A stretch of DNA of 64,000 nt, taken from contig JBJEOT010000058.1 of NCBI GenBank assembly GCA_051880855.1, positions 1,893 to 65,892 on the forward strand. Direction: 5' to 3'. The DNA comes from Ruminococcus sp. Lineage in GTDB: Bacteria; Bacillota; Clostridia; Oscillospirales; Acutalibacteraceae. Below, in pieces: positions 1 to 8,548 of this stretch. Position 1 is the stretch's first letter, and each line of letters opens with the position of its first letter. The position numbers were made by a program, and so were the translations under genes. The notes beneath the pieces are model-generated. The model made no database searches, was not told where the DNA came from, and saw nothing but the letters and a program-made list of their open reading frames with translations.

Positions 1-478
1 CGGTTTTGAAGTGAACCTCGCTGCCAAAGCTCAGAAGCTCCTTATACTGCACAAGCTTTGTGGGGTGGGTGAGACGGCGCTTGTGGTGTTTGCCTCTGGG
101 CCAAGGGTTGCAAAAGTTTATATAGAGCCGTGAGATTTTGTCCTCGGGGCTTATAATGTCGGATATCTTGTCTACATTGTAGGCAGTGAGACGAATATTT
201 TTACATTCCGTTTCAGCTTCACCGAAGACCTTGACAATGTTTCTTCTGGCAACACCGAGCATATCGCTTTTAATATCTACAGCAATGAAATTTCTGTCCG
301 GATTTTGCAGAGCCTTTTTTGCAACAAAGGTACCCTTGCCGCAGCCTACCTCAAGCTCGATGGGATTGCTGTTGCCAAAGGCTTCCTGCCATTTTGAGCG
401 AAGGGCTGCAGGATTATCAATAAAGAATTCACAAGCCTGAAGCTCGGGAACTGCCCATTTCTTTTTTCGAATCCTCAT
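1..478 (-). CDS. trmB: tRNA (guanine-N7)-methyltransferase TrmB (3' end runs off the window)
   Basis: Manual translation from ATG at 478: MRIRKKKWAVPELQAC...ELEVGCGKGTF...IYINFCNPWPRGKHHKRRLTHP (SAM motif and TrmB PWP..HHKRRL signature); GGAG RBS upstream. Confidence 0.93.
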   Translation of the reverse strand, partial: MRIRKKKWAVPELQACEFFIDNPAALRSKWQEAFGNSNPIELEVGCGKGTFVAKKALQNPDRNFIAVDIKSDMLGVARRNIVKVFGEAETECKNIRLTAYNVDKISDIISPEDKISRLYINFCNPWPRGKHHKRRLTHPTKLVQYKELLSFGSEVHFKT

Positions 479-539
479 ATTTTTCTCCAAAATATACTAA
501 AAACATAAAAAACACAATACTTATCATTAATCAGTAAAT

Positions 540-568
540 ATTATATCAAAATATAGTGATGTTTGCAA
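540..568 (-). promoter_or_regulatory. sigma-A promoter of trmB
   Basis: Minus strand TTGCAA-17 nt-TATAAT with extended TG. Confidence 0.6.
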
Positions 569-684
569 TGTTTTTTCAATAAATATTTAGTTTGTTTTTA
601 CAATATTTACAAAGTTTATTTCATAACGGTAAAGCTGTGACATTGCTGTTACCGATTTTTTATTTTCGGTTCACTTTTGCAAGA

Positions 685-719
685 AAAAATAAAGGCCGGC
701 GATTTTTTCGCCGAGCCTT
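685..719 (-). terminator. Intrinsic terminator after the nif3 gene
   Basis: Imperfect stem AAGGC-CGGCG / CGCCG-A-GCCTT; the A-rich run on its left reads as a U tract on the minus strand. Confidence 0.55.
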
Positions 720-741
720 GAAAAACATAGTATAAATTAGG

Positions 742-1500
742 TCAGATTTCCTCTGCCACCCAGGTGTGTTTCGCCGATTTGTGAAAGCTTATGCCGGGGA
801 AATGCTCAGAGAGTTTTTCCTTGAGAGGCACAATAGCAACATCTTCTGTGTGGAAATGCCCTGCCGTAATAAGGGCAATGCCGTGAGCACAAGCCTCTAA
901 GTATTCGTGGTGCTTTGCTTCGCCTGTTAAAAGGGCGTCTGCGCCCTCTGCTTTTGCGGTTTCATATATACTGCCGCCGGCACCCGAGCTGACCGCAACG
1001 GTTTTTATTTTTCTGTCACCGTCGGTGAAGCTTATGTGAGGTGAGCCGAGGGCACTCTTTGCGCTTTTTGCAAAGGCTCTGACGGTGGTTTCTTCGCTGA
1101 GTTTTCCAAGCGCAAAATACTCCTCGGGATAAAGAGTTATCTCCTTAAGGGCAAGCGCCCTTGCAAGGCTCATATTGACTCCTGCGTTGTCCGAAGAAGC
1201 ATCAAGATTTGTGTGCAGACAAAGAGCAGATATTCCGGACTTTGCAAGAAGGTAGGGGACAGAGTCCGATGAAAGTGACTTAAGAGGGGAGAAAATAACA
1301 GGGTGATGGCTGATAATCAGCTCAGCGCCTAAATCCTCTGCTTCCTCCACAACCTCCTTTGTGATATCAAGAGCTAAAACCGCACAGCTTACCTCGGCGT
1401 TTTCATCGCCTGCAAGCAGACCGCTGTTGTCCCACTCTGCACAGGTGCAAAGGGGTGCGAAGGTTTCGGTAAAATCCAAAATGTCTTTAACGGTTGTCAT
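742..1500 (-). CDS. Nif3-like dinuclear metal-centre protein (YqfO/DUF34 family)
   Basis: WDNSGL, ISHHPVIF, HTNLDA, TGEAKHH, AGHFHTE motifs; overlaps trmK stop as usual. Confidence 0.92.
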   Translation of the reverse strand: MTTVKDILDFTETFAPLCTCAEWDNSGLLAGDENAEVSCAVLALDITKEVVEEAEDLGAELIISHHPVIFSPLKSLSSDSVPYLLAKSGISALCLHTNLDASSDNAGVNMSLARALALKEITLYPEEYFALGKLSEETTVRAFAKSAKSALGSPHISFTDGDRKIKTVAVSSGAGGSIYETAKAEGADALLTGEAKHHEYLEACAHGIALITAGHFHTEDVAIVPLKEKLSEHFPGISFHKSAKHTWVAEEI

Positions 1501-2171
1501 TGCTCACCCAGCCTTTCCGAAAGCCTGTTTGCCAATTCTCCGAAGTGAGGGTCGGCGTTTGCTTTCTTTCTGAGAGCTTTGATTTGTTTTTCAATGTATC
1601 GCCTGTCGGTATCGCTTCTTTTGAAGTCAAGCTTTCCTGTGTATGTAAAGCTTTCGTCAAAAGGGACGGCCTTGCCCGAAAAGCTAACCGCCATGGCGGT
1701 GTAAATCTTCCTGTCAGCCTCGCAGGTTTTTTGGCAGATAATCTCAAAACCGTTTTTGCAGAGGTATTCAATAAGAAGCTCTTGCTTGCTCATAGGCTGA
1801 AGAATAAGCCGCTTTTGACTGTCTTTCAGCCAAGGCGCATTGTCAATGATAGATATAATTGTTTCTCCGCCCATACCGGCAATAACAATGTCGTCAACCT
1901 CATCGGGTGAGATTGAGTCAAGTCCGGGGCAGAGCCGTGTTGTTACCTTGGATTCTGCGCCGAATTTCCTGACAGTAGCCTTTCCCTTTTCAAGGGGAAG
2001 AGGATTGATGTCGGCGGCAATGGCAGAAAAAACCTTCCCTGTGACTGTAAGATACACAGGAAGGTAGGCATGGTCTGTACCTATATCTGCAAGCCTTACT
2101 CCCTCGCGGCAAAGTGAAGCGCAGAGGGACAGCCTGTTGTCAAGTGAAAAAAGCTTTTTGCTCTCAGGCAT
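1497..2171 (-). CDS. trmK: tRNA (adenine22-N1)-methyltransferase TrmK
   Basis: ADIGTDHAYLP, IAGMGGETI, LILQPM motifs. Confidence 0.93.
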   Translation of the reverse strand: MPESKKLFSLDNRLSLCASLCREGVRLADIGTDHAYLPVYLTVTGKVFSAIAADINPLPLEKGKATVRKFGAESKVTTRLCPGLDSISPDEVDDIVIAGMGGETIISIIDNAPWLKDSQKRLILQPMSKQELLIEYLCKNGFEIICQKTCEADRKIYTAMAVSFSGKAVPFDESFTYTGKLDFKRSDTDRRYIEKQIKALRKKANADPHFGELANRLSERLGEQ

Positions 2172-2361
2172 TGACTGTTTTGATGAGCTTTTCTACAAGT
2201 GCGTCTGCGTCTGCGCCGTGTACCTGACAAGCCTCTTCAATGGTTTCGCCTCTTGAAGCGGGGCAACCGAGACAGTGCATACCCATCTCAAGGAAAAGAG
2301 GTGCTGTATCGGGGTACATATCCAGAACATCGCCGATAATTGAATTCTTAGAAATAGTCAT
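2164..2361 (-). CDS. DUF1858 (hybrid-cluster-associated redox disulfide) small protein
   Basis: GMHCLGCPASRGETIEEACQVHG motif; ATG 2361 follows GGAGGAG RBS. Confidence 0.88.
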   Translation of the reverse strand: MTISKNSIIGDVLDMYPDTAPLFLEMGMHCLGCPASRGETIEEACQVHGADADALVEKLIKTVNA

Positions 2362-2571
2362 AAAATACTCCTCCAAAATAAGATTGATTTACATTGAATA
2401 GATATCTTATTTTAAGTATACCACTAAAGAGAGATAATTTCCATACTTTTTTCGGCGAATTTTCCAAAATAAAGCACAGAAGAAGAAAACTTTGTAAAAC
2501 AAAACAGAAAGCACCTCGGATAATCCAAGGTGCTTGTTTCACAAAATATAATCGAATCTATGTCCGAAGAA

Positions 2572-2859
2572 TTATTCTGCGTCTGTACCTGCGTTTCTCT
2601 TTGCAAAGCATTCTCTGCAATAGTAGTCCTTGCCCTCCATAGGAGTAAAGGGAACGGAATCCTCTTTGCCGCAATCTGCACAGATAATTGCAGAGCGCTC
2701 TCTCTGAGGTCTGCCGGCGTTCTTGCGTGCTGTTCTGCAAGCCTTGCAACGCAGGGGCTCATTTGTAAAGCCTTTTTCAGCGTAGAATTCCTGCTCGCCT
2801 GCGGAGAAGATAAATTCCTCGCCACAATCCTTGCAAATGAGTGTCTTGTCTTCGTACAT
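2572..2859 (-). CDS. Zinc-ribbon protein (zf-trcl plus CxxC-x17-CxxC domains)
   Basis: MYEDKTLICKDCGEEFIFSAGEQEFYAEKGFTNEPLRCKACR and CADCGK...PFTP...YCREC; GCGAGGT RBS. Confidence 0.9.
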   Translation of the reverse strand: MYEDKTLICKDCGEEFIFSAGEQEFYAEKGFTNEPLRCKACRTARKNAGRPQRERSAIICADCGKEDSVPFTPMEGKDYYCRECFAKRNAGTDAE

Positions 2860-2983
2860 GAGATTTTACCTCGCTTTGGAAAATATAATAAATTTATCCC
2901 TTGGCGGAGTCGCGCCGCCGACTGTAAAAACAGAGGGACATATAGCATAGTTAGGTACAGATACGAATAAGCTCAGAATAAAC

Positions 2984-3565
2984 TCAGGGGCTTATAAGCT
3001 TTCTGCGAATTCGCTGCAAGGCATTGTCAACGGATTTGGAGCTTTTGCCGAGAAGCTCGGAAATATCTGCGTAAGAAAGGCCCTGCAGATAAAGCCTGAG
3101 CACCTCAAGCTCCAGCGGTGAGAGCTTTTGGCGAATTGTGTTTTGAAGCCCGATTGAAGATTCTTTCTCAATAAAGAGAGTTTCGGGGTTCTGGGTGTTT
3201 TGGTCAGAGATTTCTATGTCGTCATAAGAAATGAGAGTATCGTCGGGGATAGCTCCTTTGGCGTGTGCCTTGCGAATGACGGACATAAACCGACGGCTGA
3301 TACACAAAGCGGTATAGGTGCGGAAGCTGGCACAGCCCTCGCTGCTGAAGGATTTACAGGCAGACAGCAGAGCAAGGAGACCTTCCTGCATAAAGTCGCT
3401 TCGGTCAAAGCCTGCGGCGGAGTACTTGGCGGCGATGGAATGAATTATTCCCGAGTATCGCTTGGAGATTTCTTCAAAAGCAGAGTCGCTTCCTTGACGG
3501 ACAAGCCGGGCAAGCTCGGAGTCCGTTAAAGTTTTTAAGTTCTGCTGAGAGTTAAAATCAGCCAA
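2984..3565 (-). CDS. sigH: RNA polymerase sigma factor, SigH family
   Basis: DFMQEGLLAL, SFRTY, NPETLFI, LSPLELEVL..YLQGLSY, KSVDNALQRIRRKL; TTG start; TTGACT-17-TAAAAT promoter at 3601-3629 (-). Confidence 0.82.
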   Translation of the reverse strand: MADFNSQQNLKTLTDSELARLVRQGSDSAFEEISKRYSGIIHSIAAKYSAAGFDRSDFMQEGLLALLSACKSFSSEGCASFRTYTALCISRRFMSVIRKAHAKGAIPDDTLISYDDIEISDQNTQNPETLFIEKESSIGLQNTIRQKLSPLELEVLRLYLQGLSYADISELLGKSSKSVDNALQRIRRKLISP

Positions 3566-3840
3566 AATAAGTCCTCGCTAACCAATTAATAATTGCTTAT
3601 ATTTTATCGCATAAAATCGGATTAGTCAATAAAATTTTATAAAATTTGGCAATGATTTGCTATAAATTATACAAATTTACTAAATTTCTCCGTTGATTTT
3701 TGTATAGCTAACAAGACAAACTGATGGTATAATAAAAAATAGTGTAAAGAATTATAAAAATTGCTCATAAAATCTGAGCCTGAGATTCTGAATTTCAAGG
3801 GAATTTCAAGAGGTTTCAGGGCAAAACGGGGAGGCTTTTT

Positions 3841-5364
3841 ATGGTAGCTAAATGTAACAGCGTCGGACTTTTCGGGCTTGAAGGCTGTCTTGTTGAGGTA
3901 GAGGCCGATGTTTCAAACGGTATGCCTGCCTTCGATGTGGTAGGTCTTCCCGATACGGCGGTTAAAGAGAGCCGTGACAGAGTTCGCTCGGCAATGTTCA
4001 ACTGCGGTTTCGGGTTTCCTGTTTCAAGGGTGATAATCAACCTTGCGCCTGCGGACATTAAGAAGGAGGGACCCCTTTACGATTTGCCGATTTTTGTGGC
4101 TTTGCTGAGGGCAACCGACCAAATCAGATCCGACCTAAGTGACTGCGCTTTCATAGGTGAGCTTTCACTCACAGGCGAGGTCAGAGCCGTCAGGGGAATT
4201 CTGCCCATGGCAATCACGGCAAAGGAAAAGGGGATTAAGCGACTCTTTGTGCCCGATGAGGGAGCTTTGCAGGGTGCGGTTGTAAAAGACATTGAGGTTT
4301 ACCCCGTGAAGAATGTAACAGAGCTTATCCGTCATTTGCAGGGTAGGGAGCAGATAGCTCCCATTGTTGCCTCACAGGAGGATTATCCTTTGATTGCTAC
4401 AGGTGACTTTGCGGATGTTAAGGGTCAGTACGAGGCAAAGCGAGCTTTGGAAATTGCCGCTGCCGGCGGACACAATATACTGCTTATCGGACCTCCCGGC
4501 TCAGGCAAAAGTATGCTTGCAAAAAGGCTTCCGTCAATCTTGCCTGTGCTCAGCTTTCAAGAGCGAATTGACACCTCGAAAATACACTCTGTTGCAGGCA
4601 TACTTCCCAAGGGACAACCGCTTATTGCAGAGAGACCTTTCCGAAGTCCCCACCACACGGTTTCGGCTGCGGGACTTTCAGGCGGAGGCTCTGTACCCCG
4701 CCCCGGCGAGATTTCCCTTGCTCATAACGGTGTACTGTTTTTGGATGAGCTTCCGGAATTTTCGAGGAATGCACTGGAGGTGCTCAGACAGCCTATAGAG
4801 GACGGCATAGTTACGGTTTCCCGAGTTCATTCTACGGTGAGCTACCCTTGTTCGGTTATGCTTGTGGCGGCGATGAATCCCTGCCCCTGCGGTTACTACG
4901 GTCACCCGAAGAAAAAATGCTCCTGCAGTGAAAAAAGCATCAAAAAATACCTCGGCCATGTGTCGGGACCGCTGCTTGACAGAATTGACATTCATGTTGA
5001 GGTACCGCCTGTGGAGTATGCAGAGCTAAGCTCAAAGGAGAGAGCGGAATCCTCCGAGAGCATACGCAAAAGGGTAAACAGAGCAAGGCAAATTCAGAGC
5101 GAGCGGTTTCAGGGAAGCGATATCTTCTGCAATGCCCGAATGACTCCTGAGTTTATTCGCAAAACCTGCAGGGTAGACGATAAAGCAAAGGAGACGCTCA
5201 GCCTTGCCTTTGACAAGATGGGACTTTCTGCAAGAGCCTACGACAAGGTGCTGAAAATATCCCGTACCGTAGCTGATATGGAGGGCTGCGAGGTCATATC
5301 CCAAGACCATGTTTTAGAGGCTGTGCAGTACCGAACTCTTGACAATAAATATTGGGGAGAGTAG
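3841..5364 (+). CDS. comM: YifB/ComM Mg-chelatase-like AAA+ ATPase
   Basis: VGLPDTAVKESRDRV, GPPGSGKSMLA, RPFRSPHH, LFLDELPEF, AAMNPCPCG, SGPLLDRID. Confidence 0.93.
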   Translation: MVAKCNSVGLFGLEGCLVEVEADVSNGMPAFDVVGLPDTAVKESRDRVRSAMFNCGFGFPVSRVIINLAPADIKKEGPLYDLPIFVALLRATDQIRSDLSDCAFIGELSLTGEVRAVRGILPMAITAKEKGIKRLFVPDEGALQGAVVKDIEVYPVKNVTELIRHLQGREQIAPIVASQEDYPLIATGDFADVKGQYEAKRALEIAAAGGHNILLIGPPGSGKSMLAKRLPSILPVLSFQERIDTSKIHSVAGILPKGQPLIAERPFRSPHHTVSAAGLSGGGSVPRPGEISLAHNGVLFLDELPEFSRNALEVLRQPIEDGIVTVSRVHSTVSYPCSVMLVAAMNPCPCGYYGHPKKKCSCSEKSIKKYLGHVSGPLLDRIDIHVEVPPVEYAELSSKERAESSESIRKRVNRARQIQSERFQGSDIFCNARMTPEFIRKTCRVDDKAKETLSLAFDKMGLSARAYDKVLKISRTVADMEGCEVISQDHVLEAVQYRTLDNKYWGE

Positions 5365-5491
5365 CTTCAGGCGCGCTGTAATAATATGGCAAATATTTAA
5401 TAGGCTCTTGGCATTTTTTCATTAAATTACTTCTATGTGGGAGTAATTGCGTACAAGTTTACCAAAAAAGTGTTACAATTCAAAATATCGG

Positions 5492-5520
5492 TTGACAAGA
5501 AGCCGTTTCTGTATTATTAT
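5492..5520 (+). promoter_or_regulatory. sigma-A promoter upstream of murA
   Basis: TTGACA-17 nt-TATTAT. Confidence 0.7.
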
Positions 5521-5741
5521 TTTTTCGTAGTGAATGGTTAAATCAACTAAATGTGCCTGTTTGCTTTTGTGTAATACCCACAAAGCAAATTTTGTAAGCG
5601 ATAAGCTTCGACACAGGGATTTTTCCACACTTTGTATTGAGTTTCAGCGAAGTATTTTCATATACTTCTTTTAGATTACATTTGACTATTCTTCATCAAT
5701 AATGTAACCCCCTGATTTTCTAATTATCGGAGTGTGCAGAT

Positions 5742-7031
5742 TTGGAAAAATATATAATTAACGGCGGCAATGTGCTGTCAGGTGAGGTAACTGTCAGCGG
5801 TGCTAAAAACGCAGCTGTGGCAATTATCCCTGCCACCATCCTTTGCGATGAGCCTTGCCGTATTGAAAATATACCTAACATCAGTGATGTTACCTTAATC
5901 GCAAATATTCTTAAGAGCCTGGGCGCTGTTGTGCGCAGAGTTGACAGAACAACTCTCGACATTGACCCAAGGCATATTAACACCTTCTGTGCGGTTGACG
6001 ATGCTGTCCGCGGTATGCGTGCATCCTATTACCTTTTGGGTGCTCTCATCGGCAGATTCCACAACGCAAAGGTTGCACTTCCCGGAGGCTGTAATTTCGG
6101 CATCCGCCCTATAGACCAGCACCTTAAGGGTTTTACCGCCATGGGCGCAAAGTGTGAGCTTATCAACGGTGCTATTGTTGAGGCTAAGAGCGACAGGCGT
6201 ATGCAGGGCGCTCAGATTTACCTTGACACAGTTTCTGTGGGCACTACTATGAATCTGATGCTTGCCGCTGTTAAGGCAGAGGGTCAGACTGTTATCGAAA
6301 ACGCCGCCAAGGAGCCTCATATTGTTGACCTTGCTAACTTCCTAAACTCTATGGGTGCAAACATTCGCGGCGCAGGTACGGATGTTATCAAAATCCGCGG
6401 AGTTGATTATCTCCACGGAATAACATATTCAATTATCCCCGACCAGATAGAAGCAGGCACATATATGGCTGCCGTTGCTGCTACAAGAGGCAAGCTCCTT
6501 GTTAAGAATGTTACTCCCAAGCACTTGGAGTCCATTACCGCAAAGCTTCGTGAAATCGGCTGTGATGTCGAGGAGTATGACGAGGCTGTTGTCATTGACG
6601 CAACCAACCGCGATCTGGGTCGCTGTAATATCAAGACAATGCCTCATCCCGGTTTCCCGACTGACTGTCAGCCGCAGTTTGTTGCTCTGCTGACTACTGT
6701 CAAGGGCACAAGCATTGTTACCGAAAATGTCTGGGACAACCGCTATCAGTATATCAGAGAGCTTCTGCTTATGGGTGCCAATATCTCTGTTGAGGGCAGG
6801 GTTGCCATTATCGACGGGCAGACGCTTCACGGCGCTCCCGTCAAGGCTACCGACCTGCGTGCAGGTGCGGCGCTTATTATTGCCGGCCTTGTGGCAAACG
6901 GCGTTACCGAGGTTTCGGGTGTGCACTACATTGAGCGAGGCTACGAGGAAATTGTTGATAAGCTCAGAGCTTTGGGCGCAGATATCAAAAAAGTTCATGT
7001 CCCCGACGAGGACATTTCAGTTACAGCTTAA
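5742..7031 (+). CDS. murA: UDP-N-acetylglucosamine 1-carboxyvinyltransferase
   Basis: SGAKNAAV, RASY, LPGGCNFGIRPIDQHLKG (catalytic Cys), HPGFPTD, DLRAGAAL, IERGYE. Confidence 0.96.
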   Translation: MEKYIINGGNVLSGEVTVSGAKNAAVAIIPATILCDEPCRIENIPNISDVTLIANILKSLGAVVRRVDRTTLDIDPRHINTFCAVDDAVRGMRASYYLLGALIGRFHNAKVALPGGCNFGIRPIDQHLKGFTAMGAKCELINGAIVEAKSDRRMQGAQIYLDTVSVGTTMNLMLAAVKAEGQTVIENAAKEPHIVDLANFLNSMGANIRGAGTDVIKIRGVDYLHGITYSIIPDQIEAGTYMAAVAATRGKLLVKNVTPKHLESITAKLREIGCDVEEYDEAVVIDATNRDLGRCNIKTMPHPGFPTDCQPQFVALLTTVKGTSIVTENVWDNRYQYIRELLLMGANISVEGRVAIIDGQTLHGAPVKATDLRAGAALIIAGLVANGVTEVSGVHYIERGYEEIVDKLRALGADIKKVHVPDEDISVTA

Positions 7032-7036
7032 TCACC

Positions 7037-7063
7037 AAGGGGGTACGGATGTACCCCTTTTTT
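7037..7063 (+). terminator. Intrinsic terminator after murA
   Basis: GGGGTAC-ggat-GTACCCC followed by TTTTTT. Confidence 0.75.
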
Positions 7064-7120
7064 GTTTCATTAGAGATAGGCGGAGCACAGCAGTCCGCCT
7101 TGGGGAAAGGGAAATTCACT

Positions 7121-7909
7121 TTGGCAAAATTCGTTACACTTTTCAGTTCAAGCGCCGGTAACAGCTACTACATAGGAAGCTCCGGAGAGGGCGTGCTCAT
7201 AGATGCAGGCAGAAGCTGTAAGCAGATAGAAGCCGCTATGCAGTCAAACGGTCTTGATATGCGAAATGTAAGGGGTATTTTTATTACTCACGAGCACACC
7301 GACCACTGTGCAGGACTTAAGGTTTTGGCGGCAAGATACGGCATAAATGTCTACGCAAGCTCAGGCACGCTGCAGGCTCTTGCAGAGAGCGATAAATTGG
7401 ACAGCCGGTTTTGTGCAGATGTTATTGAAACAAAGCTCAGCATAGGGGATATGCTTATTGAGCGCTTTAACACTCCACACGATGCCCGTGAAAGCTGTGC
7501 ATACAGGGTGACAACCGCCGACAACCGAAAAGCTATGGTGGCAACCGATATGGGCGTTATGCTTCCGTCGGTAAGGACTGCGCTCTCTGAGTGCGATATG
7601 GCTGTGGTGGAGTCAAATCACGATGTAAATATGCTGATGACAGGAGGATATCCCTATCCTCTGAAAAGACGGATTCTCTCAGATAAAGGACACCTTTCAA
7701 ATGTCGCTTGCGCAGAGGAGCTGCCAGACCTTGTAAAAGCGGGAGTAAAGCATTTTGTTCTCGGGCACTTAAGCCGTGACAACAACACTCCCGATGTAGC
7801 TTTCGTTACCGCACTCTGTGCGTTAAAAGAAGCAGGTATGGTCATTGACGAGGACTTTACCCTCAGGGTTGCACCGCGGGAGCCCGACGGAAAATCACTG
7901 CTATTCTGA
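7121..7909 (+). CDS. walJ: MBL-fold metallo-hydrolase, YycJ/WalJ type
   Basis: FSSSAGNS, THEHTDH, TPHDA, ESNHD, GHLSN, GHLSRDNN; probable TTG start at 7121; murA-walJ-rlmH synteny. Confidence 0.8.
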   Translation: MAKFVTLFSSSAGNSYYIGSSGEGVLIDAGRSCKQIEAAMQSNGLDMRNVRGIFITHEHTDHCAGLKVLAARYGINVYASSGTLQALAESDKLDSRFCADVIETKLSIGDMLIERFNTPHDARESCAYRVTTADNRKAMVATDMGVMLPSVRTALSECDMAVVESNHDVNMLMTGGYPYPLKRRILSDKGHLSNVACAEELPDLVKAGVKHFVLGHLSRDNNTPDVAFVTALCALKEAGMVIDEDFTLRVAPREPDGKSLLF

Positions 7910-8028
7910 AAAAGCAAGGAAAGTTTTTCATTCAGTAAAGATATAGTTAAGTCATAGTTTGTCTGAAGAATAAAGGCAAATAGAAAAAATAAAAATAGCA
8001 GAAAAAGTATTCCGAGGGGAGGAAATCA

Positions 8029-8511
8029 ATGCAAAGCGTGAATATAATTTGCATAGGCAAGCTAAAGGAAAAGTACTTAAGCGACGCCGTCAAAGAATAC
8101 AGCACCCGACTTACGCCGTTTTGCAAGTTTTCTGTAATTGAGCTTGACGAATACCGCCTTCCCGACAAGCCCTCACAGGCACAGATTAAGATAGCTTTGG
8201 AGGAAGAGGGCAAAAAAATCCTTGCAAAAATTACAAAGAATTCCTATGTTGTTCCAATGTGCATTGAGGGCAAAAATATCTCCTCTGAGGAGCTTGCTCA
8301 AAAGCTCTCGGATGTTGCGGTGGAGGGCAAGAGCACCGTGGATTTTATCATCGGAGGCTCTTTCGGACTTTCGGAAGAGGTTAAGAGCGCAGGTAACTTC
8401 AAGCTCTCTATGGGAAAGATGACCTTTCCGCATCAGCTTGCAAGAGTAATGCTCTCGGAGCAGATTTACAGAGCCTTTCAGATTATGTCAGGCGGAAAAT
8501 ATCACAAGTAA
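8029..8511 (+). CDS. rlmH: 23S rRNA pseudouridine1915-N3 methyltransferase
   Basis: IGKLKEKY, FIIGGSFGL, TFPHQLARVMLSEQIYRA, C-terminal YHK. Confidence 0.96.
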   Translation: MQSVNIICIGKLKEKYLSDAVKEYSTRLTPFCKFSVIELDEYRLPDKPSQAQIKIALEEEGKKILAKITKNSYVVPMCIEGKNISSEELAQKLSDVAVEGKSTVDFIIGGSFGLSEEVKSAGNFKLSMGKMTFPHQLARVMLSEQIYRAFQIMSGGKYHK

Positions 8512-8548
8512 ATTCATATAGATAACCGTAGATAAAGGAGGTGCAAGG

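Noticed and set aside
8490-8548. Element integrated at the rlmH 3' end (also considered comM and tRNA-Arg as integration sites)
   Set aside because: All three are intact, with no integrase or duplicated att sequence nearby
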